A DNA stretch of 63,849 bases, the filler included, from an uncultured Methanosarcinales archaeon (GTDB taxonomy: Archaea; Nanobdellota; Nanobdellia; Woesearchaeales; CAYXTQ01): NCBI GenBank assembly GCA_964608065.1. It is 5 parts of 5 records of this genome, joined end to end, with 100 filler letters (N's around TTAATTAATTAA, not from the genome) between each part and the next. Parts side by side here need not be neighbours in the genome. Positions count along the whole stretch, not along the records: positions 1 to 14,513 come from CAZSMA010000034.1; positions 14,614 to 28,941 come from CAZSMA010000035.1; 3 more parts are not named here. One strand, 5' to 3'. The position numbers were made by a program, and so were the translations under genes. Positions 10,607 through 20,328 of the stretch are shown here, in pieces. The notes below the pieces were generated by a model. That model was given only the letters and a program-made list of their open reading frames with translations. It was not told where the DNA came from and made no database searches. The stretch's first letter is position 1. The number at the start of each line of letters is the position of its first letter.

Positions 10607-11764
10607 TCATTGTAGTTTTTTAGAAACAATCTTATAAGCATCTCTAAAAGAAATACCTTTCTTAACTAATTCATAAGCTTTATTGACTGAATAAATCTCT
10701 TTAGTGCATGCTTTCTTACAATTTTCTTTATTAACCTTTAGATTAGCTAAAACTAGATTCATTATTTTAACAGAATCTATTGTAATCTTAAAACATTTCA
10801 TCAAAGGCTCTTTAGTCAGCTGATAATCACGATTAAATCCAGATTGTAAATTCTTAATAATATTCATTACTTGAAAAACAAAGGATTCAACTACAGCAGA
10901 TTTTGCTCTAACTAATTCTAAAACATCTGGATTATGTTTATGAGGCATTATACTGCTTCCAGTGCAGAATTCATCTGGCAATGTAAAATATCCAAATTCA
11001 CCCATACTAAAAATAATTAAATCATTTGCTAACTTTCCTAAATCCTGCATAATCTGGCTTAAAGCAAATAATATTATACTTTCAAACTTTCCTCTGCTAT
11101 TCTGACAATAAAGGCTATTCTTCTGTATTTTACTAAATCCTAATAATTTTGTAGTTAATGCTTTGTCAATCTTTATATTAACACCATAACCAGCTGCGCT
11201 TCCTAATGGATTCTGATCATTAAGCTTATAAGCAGTATCCAATAACTTCAAATCATCTTCCAAAGACTCTTTAAAAGCCTCAAAATAGTCTCCAACAGTA
11301 TAAGGCATTGCTTTTCTTGAATGAGTATAACCTGGCATTTCAACACCTTTATACTTAACACTAATCTTTGTTAGTGTTTCAATTAAACTTAACACTAAAT
11401 TTTCCACTTCATTTAATTTATCCTTGCTATACAATCTTATAGCTGTTAACACCTGGTCATTTCTAGAACGAAAAGTATGAATCTTTTTCCCAACCTTACC
11501 TAAATAATTCTCAATAGCAGTATGACAATCCTCTTCTGATAAATTTATTTTGAATTTTTTATTTTCATTTATTTTTTTTAATTTATTCTCTATTTTATTA
11601 AATTCAGCTTTGCTTAAAATTCCAATCTTCACAAGCATTTTTGCATGCGCAATAGAAGCAATACAGTCATATTTCAATAAAGCTTTATCTATTAAATAGT
11701 CATTTCCAACTGTAAATTTCTCAATTTCCTTATTTAGTGTTTTTTTCTTTTGCCATAGTTTCAT
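10607..11764 (-). CDS. argH: argininosuccinate lyase
   Basis: True start MKLWQ; RSRNDQ, MPGYTH, GSSIMPHKHNPD signature. Confidence 0.94.
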   Translation of the reverse strand: MKLWQKKKTLNKEIEKFTVGNDYLIDKALLKYDCIASIAHAKMLVKIGILSKAEFNKIENKLKKINENKKFKINLSEEDCHTAIENYLGKVGKKIHTFRSRNDQVLTAIRLYSKDKLNEVENLVLSLIETLTKISVKYKGVEMPGYTHSRKAMPYTVGDYFEAFKESLEDDLKLLDTAYKLNDQNPLGSAAGYGVNIKIDKALTTKLLGFSKIQKNSLYCQNSRGKFESIILFALSQIMQDLGKLANDLIIFSMGEFGYFTLPDEFCTGSSIMPHKHNPDVLELVRAKSAVVESFVFQVMNIIKNLQSGFNRDYQLTKEPLMKCFKITIDSVKIMNLVLANLKVNKENCKKACTKEIYSVNKAYELVKKGISFRDAYKIVSKKLQ

Positions 11765-12953
11765 TCTGAACACCAATTTGTTGTTGCATTCCATACAGTT
11801 TGATAAAAGATTCAGCATCTTTTCCTGTCCATGAAGCACTTTGCGCATATGAAGCAATTTTCTCATTAATCAAGCTAAAAGGGCTTTCAACACCATAAAA
11901 CATAGCATTTTGTCCTTCTAACTTAACTTTAACCTTGCCTGTAACCTTTTCCTGTGTTGAATCAATAAACTTATCAATATCTTTTACAACAGGATCATAA
12001 TATTTACCCATATAAACTAAATCATTCCATTTTGCTTCTAATTGTTCTTTCACAACCATCTGTGATTTAGTCAAAACTAGTCTTTCAAGTGCTTTGTGAG
12101 CATTGATAATTAATATAATACCTGATGCTTCAAAAGCCTGTATTCCTTTTATCCCTAGTGTTTCATTCTCAATATAAAGCCCACGACCATATCCAAAAGA
12201 ACCTACTACTTTGTTCAGTTTCTCTAATATTTTTAATCCATCTAACTTTTCTCCATTCAAAGATACTGGAACCCCATTAACAAATTCTAATTCAATATAT
12301 ATTGAACCTTTATTCTTAATTTTTGATAATACCCAAACATCTTCTTCAGGTTCTTTATTTTCATCTATTTCTGAGCCTGAAATAGTTCTTCCAAACATTG
12401 AATCAGCTATTGTATATTTTTTTACTTTTTCATCTACTTTAAACCCTTTTTTCTCTAGATATTCAATCTCATCTTTACGCTTTATCATCACTTCTCTTAT
12501 AGGGGCTATAATCTTCATATGAGGAGCAAAACTCATAATACTTAAATCAATTCTTACTTGATCATTTCCAGTTCCAGTACAACCATGAGCAACTATCTTT
12601 GTTCCTTCTTTCTCAGCTATCTCTGCAGCATACTTTGCAAACATATACCTATCAGAACACATATGAGGATAAACTCCTTCATACAAAGCATTTGTCTTGA
12701 TTATTTTAGTTCCAATTAAATTAAAAAAAATCTTATTAGCATCAACAGTATAATGCTTTATAGCTCCTAGCTCTTTTGACTTATTCTCAATCTTAATCTT
12801 CTCTTCCTCACTTAATCCTCCTACATCAACTGTAAGTGTAACTACATCATATCCTTGTTCTTTTAAGTAAACAGTACAAAAAGATGTATCTAAACCTCCT
12901 GAAAATAATAAAATCACTTTCTCTTTTGGTTTAGTTTTATCTTTATGGTGCAT
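11730..12953 (-). CDS. argG: argininosuccinate synthase
   Basis: FSGGLDTS PP-loop, AHGCTGTGNDQVR. Confidence 0.95.
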   Translation of the reverse strand: MHHKDKTKPKEKVILLFSGGLDTSFCTVYLKEQGYDVVTLTVDVGGLSEEEKIKIENKSKELGAIKHYTVDANKIFFNLIGTKIIKTNALYEGVYPHMCSDRYMFAKYAAEIAEKEGTKIVAHGCTGTGNDQVRIDLSIMSFAPHMKIIAPIREVMIKRKDEIEYLEKKGFKVDEKVKKYTIADSMFGRTISGSEIDENKEPEEDVWVLSKIKNKGSIYIELEFVNGVPVSLNGEKLDGLKILEKLNKVVGSFGYGRGLYIENETLGIKGIQAFEASGIILIINAHKALERLVLTKSQMVVKEQLEAKWNDLVYMGKYYDPVVKDIDKFIDSTQEKVTGKVKVKLEGQNAMFYGVESPFSLINEKIASYAQSASWTGKDAESFIKLYGMQQQIGVQNETMAKEKNTK

Positions 12954-13236
12954 TTTTCATAGGATGATACTCTTTTAACAACAAATACAGTGGTTGTTCT
13001 CCAGATGGTGATTTGTCTATTAGATGATGCTCTGTTTTTCCTTTATACTCTGACTTTACATGAACACTAACTCCGCCTGTAGTATTACTAATTGCATATA
13101 CCTTTCCTATATGGGAAGGATATACTACTATTGCCGGTACACTGTTTAACTTTTCTAAGTTGTCTTCTTTCTTCACAGGAAAATCTGGATGCGTCCCATC
13201 TTCCTTAAAGCCTTTAATGATTTGGTTTATCTTCAT
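12943..13236 (-). CDS. hypothetical protein in the arg operon
   Basis: GGAGGT SD; overlaps the argG start. Confidence 0.6.
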   Translation of the reverse strand: MKINQIIKGFKEDGTHPDFPVKKEDNLEKLNSVPAIVVYPSHIGKVYAISNTTGGVSVHVKSEYKGKTEHHLIDKSPSGEQPLYLLLKEYHPMKNAP

Positions 13237-13245
13237 TTTCTTTCT

Positions 13246-13371
13246 TTAACCTCCAACTAATTTTATGACATCCTCTTTGGATATCAACTCAACTACCTTA
13301 TTATTCCCTAAAGGCGCCATACACATTGCCTTTATTTTCTTTATTTCATGTACAAGTTTTTGTTTTTTCAT
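13246..13371 (-). CDS. small hypothetical protein (41 aa) in the arg operon
   Basis: MKKQKLVHEIKKIKAMCMAPLGNNKVVELISKEDVIKLVGG*; GGAGGT SD; not in ORF track. Confidence 0.55.
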   Translation of the reverse strand: MKKQKLVHEIKKIKAMCMAPLGNNKVVELISKEDVIKLVGG

Positions 13372-13428
13372 ATTAATCAACCTCCAAATTATATATTTAA
13401 TAAATAAAAATAACAATGAAAGAATTCT

Positions 13429-13491
13429 TCACCTTCTTCTAAATTTATAACTATCAAAATCAACTGCTTCGATTTTATTTGAATTAATCAT
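13429..13491 (-). promoter_or_regulatory. putative arginine-sensing leader peptide MINSNKIEAVDFDSYKFRRR*
   Basis: 20-codon uORF ending AGA AGA AGG TGA, just downstream of a TTATAAATA box, followed by a T-rich tract, at the head of the argG-argH unit. Confidence 0.6.
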
Positions 13492-13611
13492 TTTTAATCA
13501 ATTATCTATGAATCATAACTTATTTATAACATTATTGACCTACTCAAAACAAAAATAAACAAAGATGTCCGAAACAAAACATTTATATACTAACAATAAT
13601 TTCTAACTACT

Positions 13612-14241
13612 ATGAACATTACAAAAGAAACTGAAAAATATATTCAGGAGCATCCAAGCATTAAAGAATCTGTGAAAAAAAGTTTAATTAATTACTCAAA
13701 GCTATCAAGACTTATTCTAAAAGAGCTTCAAATATCAAACAAAAACTTTGATGCAGTATTAATCGCATGTAGAAGGTATTCAGATAAACTGAAAATAGAG
13801 AAAAAATTTGAAAAACAGATAATAGATATGTTAAAAAAAACAAAATTAGAGATTAAAAACAAAATTATTGTAGTTATTTTAGAAAAAGATATTTATTATG
13901 AACATTTAAAAGATATTGAGAAAGAAGTTAAAAGAAAAAATGGTTTATTTAGGGCAATTGAAGGAGCAAATGCTATTACATTGATAACAAATGAAGAGTT
14001 TTTAGATAAGATTAAGGATATTTTTAAACATAAAATACTAAAATTAAACAACGATTTAGCAGAAATCACATTAAAAAGTTCAAAAGAAATTGAAAATACT
14101 CCTGGTGTAGTAGCTTACTTATATTCCTTATTTGGAGAAAACAATATTAACATATTGGAAACAATGAGCTGCTGGACTGATACAATCTTCATAATAAAAG
14201 AGCAGGATATAGCTAAAGTAATGCAGATTTTAAACTTCTAA
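13612..14241 (+). CDS. ACT-domain protein, putative amino-acid-responsive regulator
   Basis: N-terminal LINYSKLSRLI helical motif; C-terminal ACT (TPGVVAYLYSLFGENNINI, SCWTDT); divergent from the arg operon. Confidence 0.75.
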   Translation: MNITKETEKYIQEHPSIKESVKKSLINYSKLSRLILKELQISNKNFDAVLIACRRYSDKLKIEKKFEKQIIDMLKKTKLEIKNKIIVVILEKDIYYEHLKDIEKEVKRKNGLFRAIEGANAITLITNEEFLDKIKDIFKHKILKLNNDLAEITLKSSKEIENTPGVVAYLYSLFGENNINILETMSCWTDTIFIIKEQDIAKVMQILNF

Positions 14242-14411
14242 TCTTCTTCTTTCTCTTCTTTTTCCTTGCTTTCCTTCTCTTTTTCTTTTTTCTCTTCCTC
14301 TGATGCTTCTTCATATCCCTTCATAAAACCAGCTTCTTCTGGACTCATCTCTCCGTCATCTACTGCTTCATTCCTTTTTTCTTCATCATATACATCATCA
14401 GCATCTACCAT
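14238..14411 (-). CDS. small acidic protein (57 aa)
   Basis: MVDADDVYDEEKRNEAVDDGEMSPEEAGFMKGYEEASEEEKKEKE...; AGGTGA SD; not in ORF track. Confidence 0.7.
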   Translation of the reverse strand: MVDADDVYDEEKRNEAVDDGEMSPEEAGFMKGYEEASEEEKKEKEKESKEKEEKEED

Positions 14412-14513
14412 ATTCATTCACCTATATAGGGATTAAGTAATTTATTTATATAGTTTTCTAAATTTTCGGGTTTGTCCCAAATCTAAAGAATTATAAACCC
14501 CTACTGCTAAGAA

Positions 14514-14613
14514 NNNNNNNNNNNNNNNNNNNNNNNNNNNNNNNNNNNNNNNNNNNNTTAATTAATTAANNNNNNNNNNNNNNNNNNNNNNNNNNNNNNN
14601 NNNNNNNNNNNNN
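14514..14613. other. artificial contig-joining linker
   Basis: N44-TTAATTAATTAA-N44 (stops in all six frames). Confidence 0.98.
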
Positions 14614-14755
14614 AGTTTTGGTATTGTTTATGGTTGTTATTGTTAAGGAATATGAAGTGATTAAATAATTTTATTTTTTTTTTTTTTTTTTTTTAAAAAT
14701 TTTATTTAAATAGTAACTTTTTTATATTAGTTCTATTCTTATTTTAACAAAAGAG

Positions 14756-16168
14756 GTGTATATTATTAAATACAAAAATATTTTGTTAGCAATTCTGTTA
14801 GTAATTGGTTTAATTTTTCTGAGTGGTTGTAGTGGAGAATGTAAAGAAAATTCTGATTGTCCTTCTAAAAGCTGTTATACTGTAACATGTGAGAAGGAGG
14901 AATGTGTAGAAAAACCTGAGCTTAACTGTTGCGGGAATAATATATGTGAAGATGGGGAAACAAAATGCGACTGCGAGAGGGACTGTGGAAAATGTACTGG
15001 GGATATTGGAGAGTATTTGGGGTATGTGTGTGAGGAGGATGAGTGTGTTGCAGGCATTAAAGACGAAAATATAAACTCAACAAGTTTTACAGACAAGATA
15101 TTATTAAGAAATGTCGGAGATATATCTGCTACTTATATTTATGATCAGCCTTTTAATTTAGATGAAAGTTTGTTTAATGTAAGGTTTGTTTTAGAAAAAA
15201 AAAATAATGATATAGAATATATTAAAATAAACAAAGTCAATATTTACGAGCAATTAGATAAAAAGGGTACCCAGGTCCAGACTTATGGGGAGAAGATTAT
15301 TGACAGAGTCTTATGGGACACAAGAACAGATGTTGTTGATGATGTGATACTCTCTCTTAATATTACTGACAACACAGAAGAAAATAAACAACTGACAGTA
15401 GAAGTAATCTATGAATATGCTAAATTATATAGGGGTCAAACAACTGTTACAGGCGGAAGTTATAAAAAACAATTAAATGAAAATGTTGTGCTTGTGAATC
15501 CTGGTAAAGAACAAAAGTGCCCAAGCAGCTGCGATGATGCTAATTCCTGTACTGTAGATAGTTGTTCTGCTTCAACAAATTATTTCTGTGAACATACAGT
15601 TAAAGAAGGTGTTAGCTGCTGTGGCAACAATAAATGCGATACTGGAGAGGATAAGTGCAGTTGCCAGCAGGACTGCGGCTATTGTGAAAGAGAATTTGGA
15701 GAATATATTGAATATACCTGTGTGAGTAATAAATGTTCCAGCAGGTTAAGAGCAGGTGTTGTTCCAAAAACACTTATTGAAGAAGCTAATATGAAAGACC
15801 TAAAGATTGAGATGCAGACTACATTTAATGAACCCTTTGATATAAATCTTGACAATTATAAGGTTGATCTAGAGCTACAATACCTTCTAGCTGGTGTATC
15901 AAGTGTTAAATGCACTAAATTACAGGTTTTAAGCGGAGATGAGTTGCTTGCTGAAAAAACAATAATAGGCACTTTAAGCAAGGTTGGCGCTACTTATAGT
16001 TCTCAGGTTGGAGCAAGCTTTTCAATGAAAGATGTTGAAGAAAGCAAAAGTACAAATATAGAGTTAAATTGTAATTATGGTAAAACTAGTGGAGAAACAA
16101 CAACTAATATTGTTAAAACAGCTACTCAGAGTCTAGGAACTGTAACTTATGTTAATGTTGATGTTTGA
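14756..16168 (+). CDS. Cys-rich secreted/lipoprotein with internal duplication
   Basis: Signal peptide with LSGC; two CCGNNxC..GE.KC.C..DCG.C modules, each followed by an Ig-like domain. Confidence 0.8.
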   Translation: MYIIKYKNILLAILLVIGLIFLSGCSGECKENSDCPSKSCYTVTCEKEECVEKPELNCCGNNICEDGETKCDCERDCGKCTGDIGEYLGYVCEEDECVAGIKDENINSTSFTDKILLRNVGDISATYIYDQPFNLDESLFNVRFVLEKKNNDIEYIKINKVNIYEQLDKKGTQVQTYGEKIIDRVLWDTRTDVVDDVILSLNITDNTEENKQLTVEVIYEYAKLYRGQTTVTGGSYKKQLNENVVLVNPGKEQKCPSSCDDANSCTVDSCSASTNYFCEHTVKEGVSCCGNNKCDTGEDKCSCQQDCGYCEREFGEYIEYTCVSNKCSSRLRAGVVPKTLIEEANMKDLKIEMQTTFNEPFDINLDNYKVDLELQYLLAGVSSVKCTKLQVLSGDELLAEKTIIGTLSKVGATYSSQVGASFSMKDVEESKSTNIELNCNYGKTSGETTTNIVKTATQSLGTVTYVNVDV

Positions 16169-19100
16169 AGTTTTCATTAAAACTCCAAGTCATATTATTA
16201 TTCAAATTAACCCAATAACCATGACCTGGTTTAATTATTTTTAAAGTATTTAATGATTTATTTTTTAATGGAGAGTAAGATTTCCAACCATTGTTTTCAT
16301 AACCTAAAACATTAATTAAATCGTCACTAACATTTTTAAAAATATAGCTAACATTACTCTCATTTAAACTTGGATAACCAATTAAGGTATAGCCTTGCTC
16401 TAAATTAAATACAGGATTAACTGGTAATGTTCCATTAATAGTTAAATTATCCTCAGCTAACATTTTAATCCAAAATCCAATTGTTTCATTAATTTCAGAA
16501 TTATTATTCAATTGTAACAATTTATTATCCAAGTAAGTAAACATGTTTCCATAGTTTCCTTCTATTGAGGATAAAGTGTAAGATATTGTTTTGTTTTCTA
16601 ATACAATTGGGATGGAAATAAGGTTCCAGCCTTGGGATAAGTTTATAATAGATTTAGCAAAAACCATTATTGAATTATATGCTAAGTTATTGTCATAATT
16701 TTCTTCTATAAATGAGTTAAATGGGTAGATTAAAACATAAATGCTTTTATTACCATAAGTTGTGCTCCAATCAGTTGTAACATTTATTTTTGAATTTGAA
16801 TTAATATTAACGACTTTTTCATTTATTAAAGTTCCATAATTTCTTGGATCTTCATCATAAAATTTAATTGTAACATTTTCTAAATCAATATTTGAATTAG
16901 AATGGATAGTTGCTGTAATATTAATTATTTCTCCTGCAAAAGGATTATCTTTAGAAAAATAGATTTCTGAATTATTAATATATAAGTCAATTGGTTCATA
17001 AACTTCTGTTTCAATTGTTGATTGCCTGTAAAAATTTGTGCTATCTAAAGTTCCATTTGCAATAACATTTATTTCATAAATTCCTAGTGTATTTGTATTG
17101 TTATAGACATTAAAGTAAGAACCATCATTTGCTTGAGCATCTCCGTTAGTTCCATCATCATATAATAAAATTTCTTCTATGTTGTTATTTGGATTTTTAA
17201 TTTCTGCTTTAACAAAAGCATTTGTTATTGGATTATTAAAGTTAGTTAGATTAACGTTTAATCCAATTGATTCATTTAATCTATAATTTGATTGATTTGG
17301 TAAAATTAAAATCTTTAAATCTGTATCTAATATGACTGTAAATGTATAATCTGTTTTTATTCCATTTTCCAGAATTACTTTTGCTTTCCATAAACCTTGT
17401 TGAGGATATTCAACAATGTAGCTTTCTGTTGTTTCATTAATTGTTCTATTGTTTGGATAATAAGTAATACTATCTGTTAAATAATTTATCTCAGTTCCAT
17501 TTGGTAAAGTTAAGTTTAAGTTTAATTCAGCTGATTCATTAAACCAACTTAATAAAAATAACGCTTTATCAGTATAACTTATTGAAACATTATATGTATC
17601 ATAATCAGATTCTATTTCTTCTGTTTCATATGACGCTTCTTGGATTTGAGATACATTCTCTTCAAGGATTTCTGGTTCTGTAATCTCTGTTTCGTTTTCT
17701 AGTAATATATCTTTTACTTTTAAATAAACATCAAAACTTTCATGTAAACCTGGATGACTTACATTATATTTTGTATGATAAGGATAATCAATATTGTCTA
17801 ATTTTAAACTTTTTATTCTTACAAATCCATCATCTTCTCCAGCTAAAAAAAATGATGTTAAAAAGAAACCTTTTGTTCCTCCAATTGTTGCATGAGTTAT
17901 ATCAGGAGTTAAAATATCAGTTCCCTTAAATTTTAATGGATTACCATAATTTAACATATTAAGAAAAAAACTGTGTGGTGTCATTTGTTTTCCTGCTTTT
18001 CCAACTGCGAAATCTGCAACTGTATCAATCAATTTCAATTTTATTATAAATTTACTTAGTATTGATAAAGCATGTTTTCCATAAAATAGTTCTGAGCCAT
18101 GGTTTGGTGTTCCAAGCATGATTAGTTTTCTAACATTATTTTTATAACCGAATCTAGTGTACCATCTTGAAACAAGACCACCCATGTTATGTGTTACTAA
18201 ATCAATTTTTGCTGCGTTTGTAATAGTTTGAATTTGAGAGATTTCATCATCTAATTTTTTTGCATAATTAGTGATATCTCCATTTGCAGGAATTATCCAA
18301 GGCTCTAAATCAATTTCATAGATATTAAAACTATCATTCTTTAATCTCTCTTTTATAGTATACCATGTTCCATTTGGATCAATAACCCAATATCCATGAA
18401 CAAGTAAAACAGGACATCTTGTTGTTGAAGCATTAGAATCAATGCAGTCATCACCACCACATTTCATATCTTGGTGATTGTCATTATCATTATCAGCACA
18501 TCCAATAATTTTACAAATATTATTTTCACAATAATTTGATTCACAGTCAGAGTTTATTAGACAATGTTTTCCGTATTTACATGGAGGACAGGTTCCACCG
18601 CAGTCAATGTCTGTTTCGTCACCATTTTTTATTCCATCAATACAGTTTGGTATGGCTTGACATATTATATTTTCGGTTACATTATTGTTGTTTATATAAT
18701 AAATATTTGTATCATAAGGCATTGTATCTAAATCATAAGAAATTAAATTAGCTATCTTTGAAACATAATTTCTTTCATAGATAACTATATCATAACTTTT
18801 ATTAAAATTATCACAAGATTTGTCAATATCTCCATCTTTAGATAGTTTTAATATCAAGAAATCTCCATTTCCTTCACCATAAGAGAACGTTACTCCTCCG
18901 ACAATATATCCCCCATCTTTTGTTTGATGAATGTCATAAGCTCTATCTGTATTGCTTCCCCCATACCTACGTTGCCATTCAATGTCCCCTATAGGTGATA
19001 ATTTCAAAACTAGAAAGTCTTCGTAATATCCTTCCTTAACAACACCTACAACAATATATCCTTTATCATCTGTTTGGTGGATTGAATATGCTCTCTCAGA

Positions 19101-20033
19101 TTCACTCCCATCATATCTACGCTGCCATTCAATACTGCCATTATATGATAGTTTTAGAACCCATAAATCATCATAATCACCTCCTGCAACGATATATCCT
19201 CCTTCAATTGTCTTTTCAATAACGTTTGATTGGCCATGATGACCTTTACCATATATGTATTGCCATTCAATGTCCCCTATAGGTGATAATTTCAAAACTA
19301 GAAAGTCTTCATAATCTGTGTGCTTAATGACGCCTGCAACAATGTATCCTCCATCACTTGTCTGATAGATTGAATTTGCCCTTTCAGATCCACCCCCATC
19401 ATATCTACGCTGCCATTCAATACTGCCATTATATGATAGTTTTAGAACCCATATATCGCCAGAACCTTCGCCAGCAGCAATGTATCCGCCGTCAATCGTT
19501 GGTGAAATAGAATAAGCCCAATCTTTAGGATTAGTTCCATAATAAAAACTCCATTCGATATCTCCATTTGATTTAATTTTTAAAATCACCCAGTCCCACC
19601 AGTATGCGCCCCATACTCCTGTATCATAGATTCCAGCAACAATGTATCCGCTGTCACTTGTCTGTTTAATGGAATAAATTGTACCTGCCCTAGGATTTAT
19701 ATATTTTCGTTCCCATTCAATACTCCCGTTTGAGTAAAGTTTACATATCCAAAAATCACCTGTATTTTTTCCTGCAACAACGTAACCTCCATCATCTGTA
19801 TTTTGAATTGTCCTAGCCCAATCTTCATATATGCCTCCATAAGTTCTTGCCCATTGGGCATTGACGTTGAGAGACATAATTAAAGTAAAAATTAGGAAAA
19901 AAAATCCTATGAAAGTTGTTCTCTTTAATTTAAGATGTTTTTTTTTAATTATATCACTAACATAAGATAAAAATATAAAACACATTAGAAACAATATATT
20001 CTTTCCACTTAATATTCTAACTATCTTTTTCAA
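16152..20033 (-). CDS. large secreted multidomain protein (beta-propeller repeats, Cys module, alpha/beta-hydrolase-like domain, Ig/CARDB-like domains, C-terminal GWN modules)
   Basis: W.R.YGG/T.DGGYIVAG repeats; NGDETDIDCGG; PVLLVHG, THNMGG, LGTPNHGS; LYDDGTNGD; LSQGWNLISIP. Confidence 0.85.
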   Translation of the reverse strand: MKKIVRILSGKNILFLMCFIFLSYVSDIIKKKHLKLKRTTFIGFFFLIFTLIMSLNVNAQWARTYGGIYEDWARTIQNTDDGGYVVAGKNTGDFWICKLYSNGSIEWERKYINPRAGTIYSIKQTSDSGYIVAGIYDTGVWGAYWWDWVILKIKSNGDIEWSFYYGTNPKDWAYSISPTIDGGYIAAGEGSGDIWVLKLSYNGSIEWQRRYDGGGSERANSIYQTSDGGYIVAGVIKHTDYEDFLVLKLSPIGDIEWQYIYGKGHHGQSNVIEKTIEGGYIVAGGDYDDLWVLKLSYNGSIEWQRRYDGSESERAYSIHQTDDKGYIVVGVVKEGYYEDFLVLKLSPIGDIEWQRRYGGSNTDRAYDIHQTKDGGYIVGGVTFSYGEGNGDFLILKLSKDGDIDKSCDNFNKSYDIVIYERNYVSKIANLISYDLDTMPYDTNIYYINNNNVTENIICQAIPNCIDGIKNGDETDIDCGGTCPPCKYGKHCLINSDCESNYCENNICKIIGCADNDNDNHQDMKCGGDDCIDSNASTTRCPVLLVHGYWVIDPNGTWYTIKERLKNDSFNIYEIDLEPWIIPANGDITNYAKKLDDEISQIQTITNAAKIDLVTHNMGGLVSRWYTRFGYKNNVRKLIMLGTPNHGSELFYGKHALSILSKFIIKLKLIDTVADFAVGKAGKQMTPHSFFLNMLNYGNPLKFKGTDILTPDITHATIGGTKGFFLTSFFLAGEDDGFVRIKSLKLDNIDYPYHTKYNVSHPGLHESFDVYLKVKDILLENETEITEPEILEENVSQIQEASYETEEIESDYDTYNVSISYTDKALFLLSWFNESAELNLNLTLPNGTEINYLTDSITYYPNNRTINETTESYIVEYPQQGLWKAKVILENGIKTDYTFTVILDTDLKILILPNQSNYRLNESIGLNVNLTNFNNPITNAFVKAEIKNPNNNIEEILLYDDGTNGDAQANDGSYFNVYNNTNTLGIYEINVIANGTLDSTNFYRQSTIETEVYEPIDLYINNSEIYFSKDNPFAGEIINITATIHSNSNIDLENVTIKFYDEDPRNYGTLINEKVVNINSNSKINVTTDWSTTYGNKSIYVLIYPFNSFIEENYDNNLAYNSIMVFAKSIINLSQGWNLISIPIVLENKTISYTLSSIEGNYGNMFTYLDNKLLQLNNNSEINETIGFWIKMLAEDNLTINGTLPVNPVFNLEQGYTLIGYPSLNESNVSYIFKNVSDDLINVLGYENNGWKSYSPLKNKSLNTLKIIKPGHGYWVNLNNNMTWSFNENFKHQH
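18972..19453. repeat. exact intragenic repeats, 288-bp period
   Basis: 18972-19022 = 19260-19310; 19107-19165 = 19395-19453. Confidence 0.85.
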
Positions 20034-20147
20034 ATAAATCCCCCAACATTAATATTTTAAACATTAAATTATATATAATATATATAAATTTTACTATTAA
20101 AGAATAGATATCTGTTTTTATTTGAGAATACCAAAACCTTAATAAAC

Positions 20148-20295
20148 TGTCAAAAACCACCCATCATAGATGAGTGGAATGTTTTGATGTGCACATCAAC
20201 ATTGAGTGGTTTTTGATCATGCTCAGAAATTTTCCAGATAGAAAAAGTACCGGGTTTCCAGCCACCAGTTAAAAACTGGTGGAAAATTTCTGACA
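20148..20295. repeat. 148-bp multi-hairpin MITE-like element
   Basis: Termini TGTCAAAAA / TTTCTGACA; two long stems separated by CATG; nested hairpins. Confidence 0.65.
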
Positions 20296-20328
20296 TATTT
20301 AAATTATTATAATTTATAAGGTAATATC

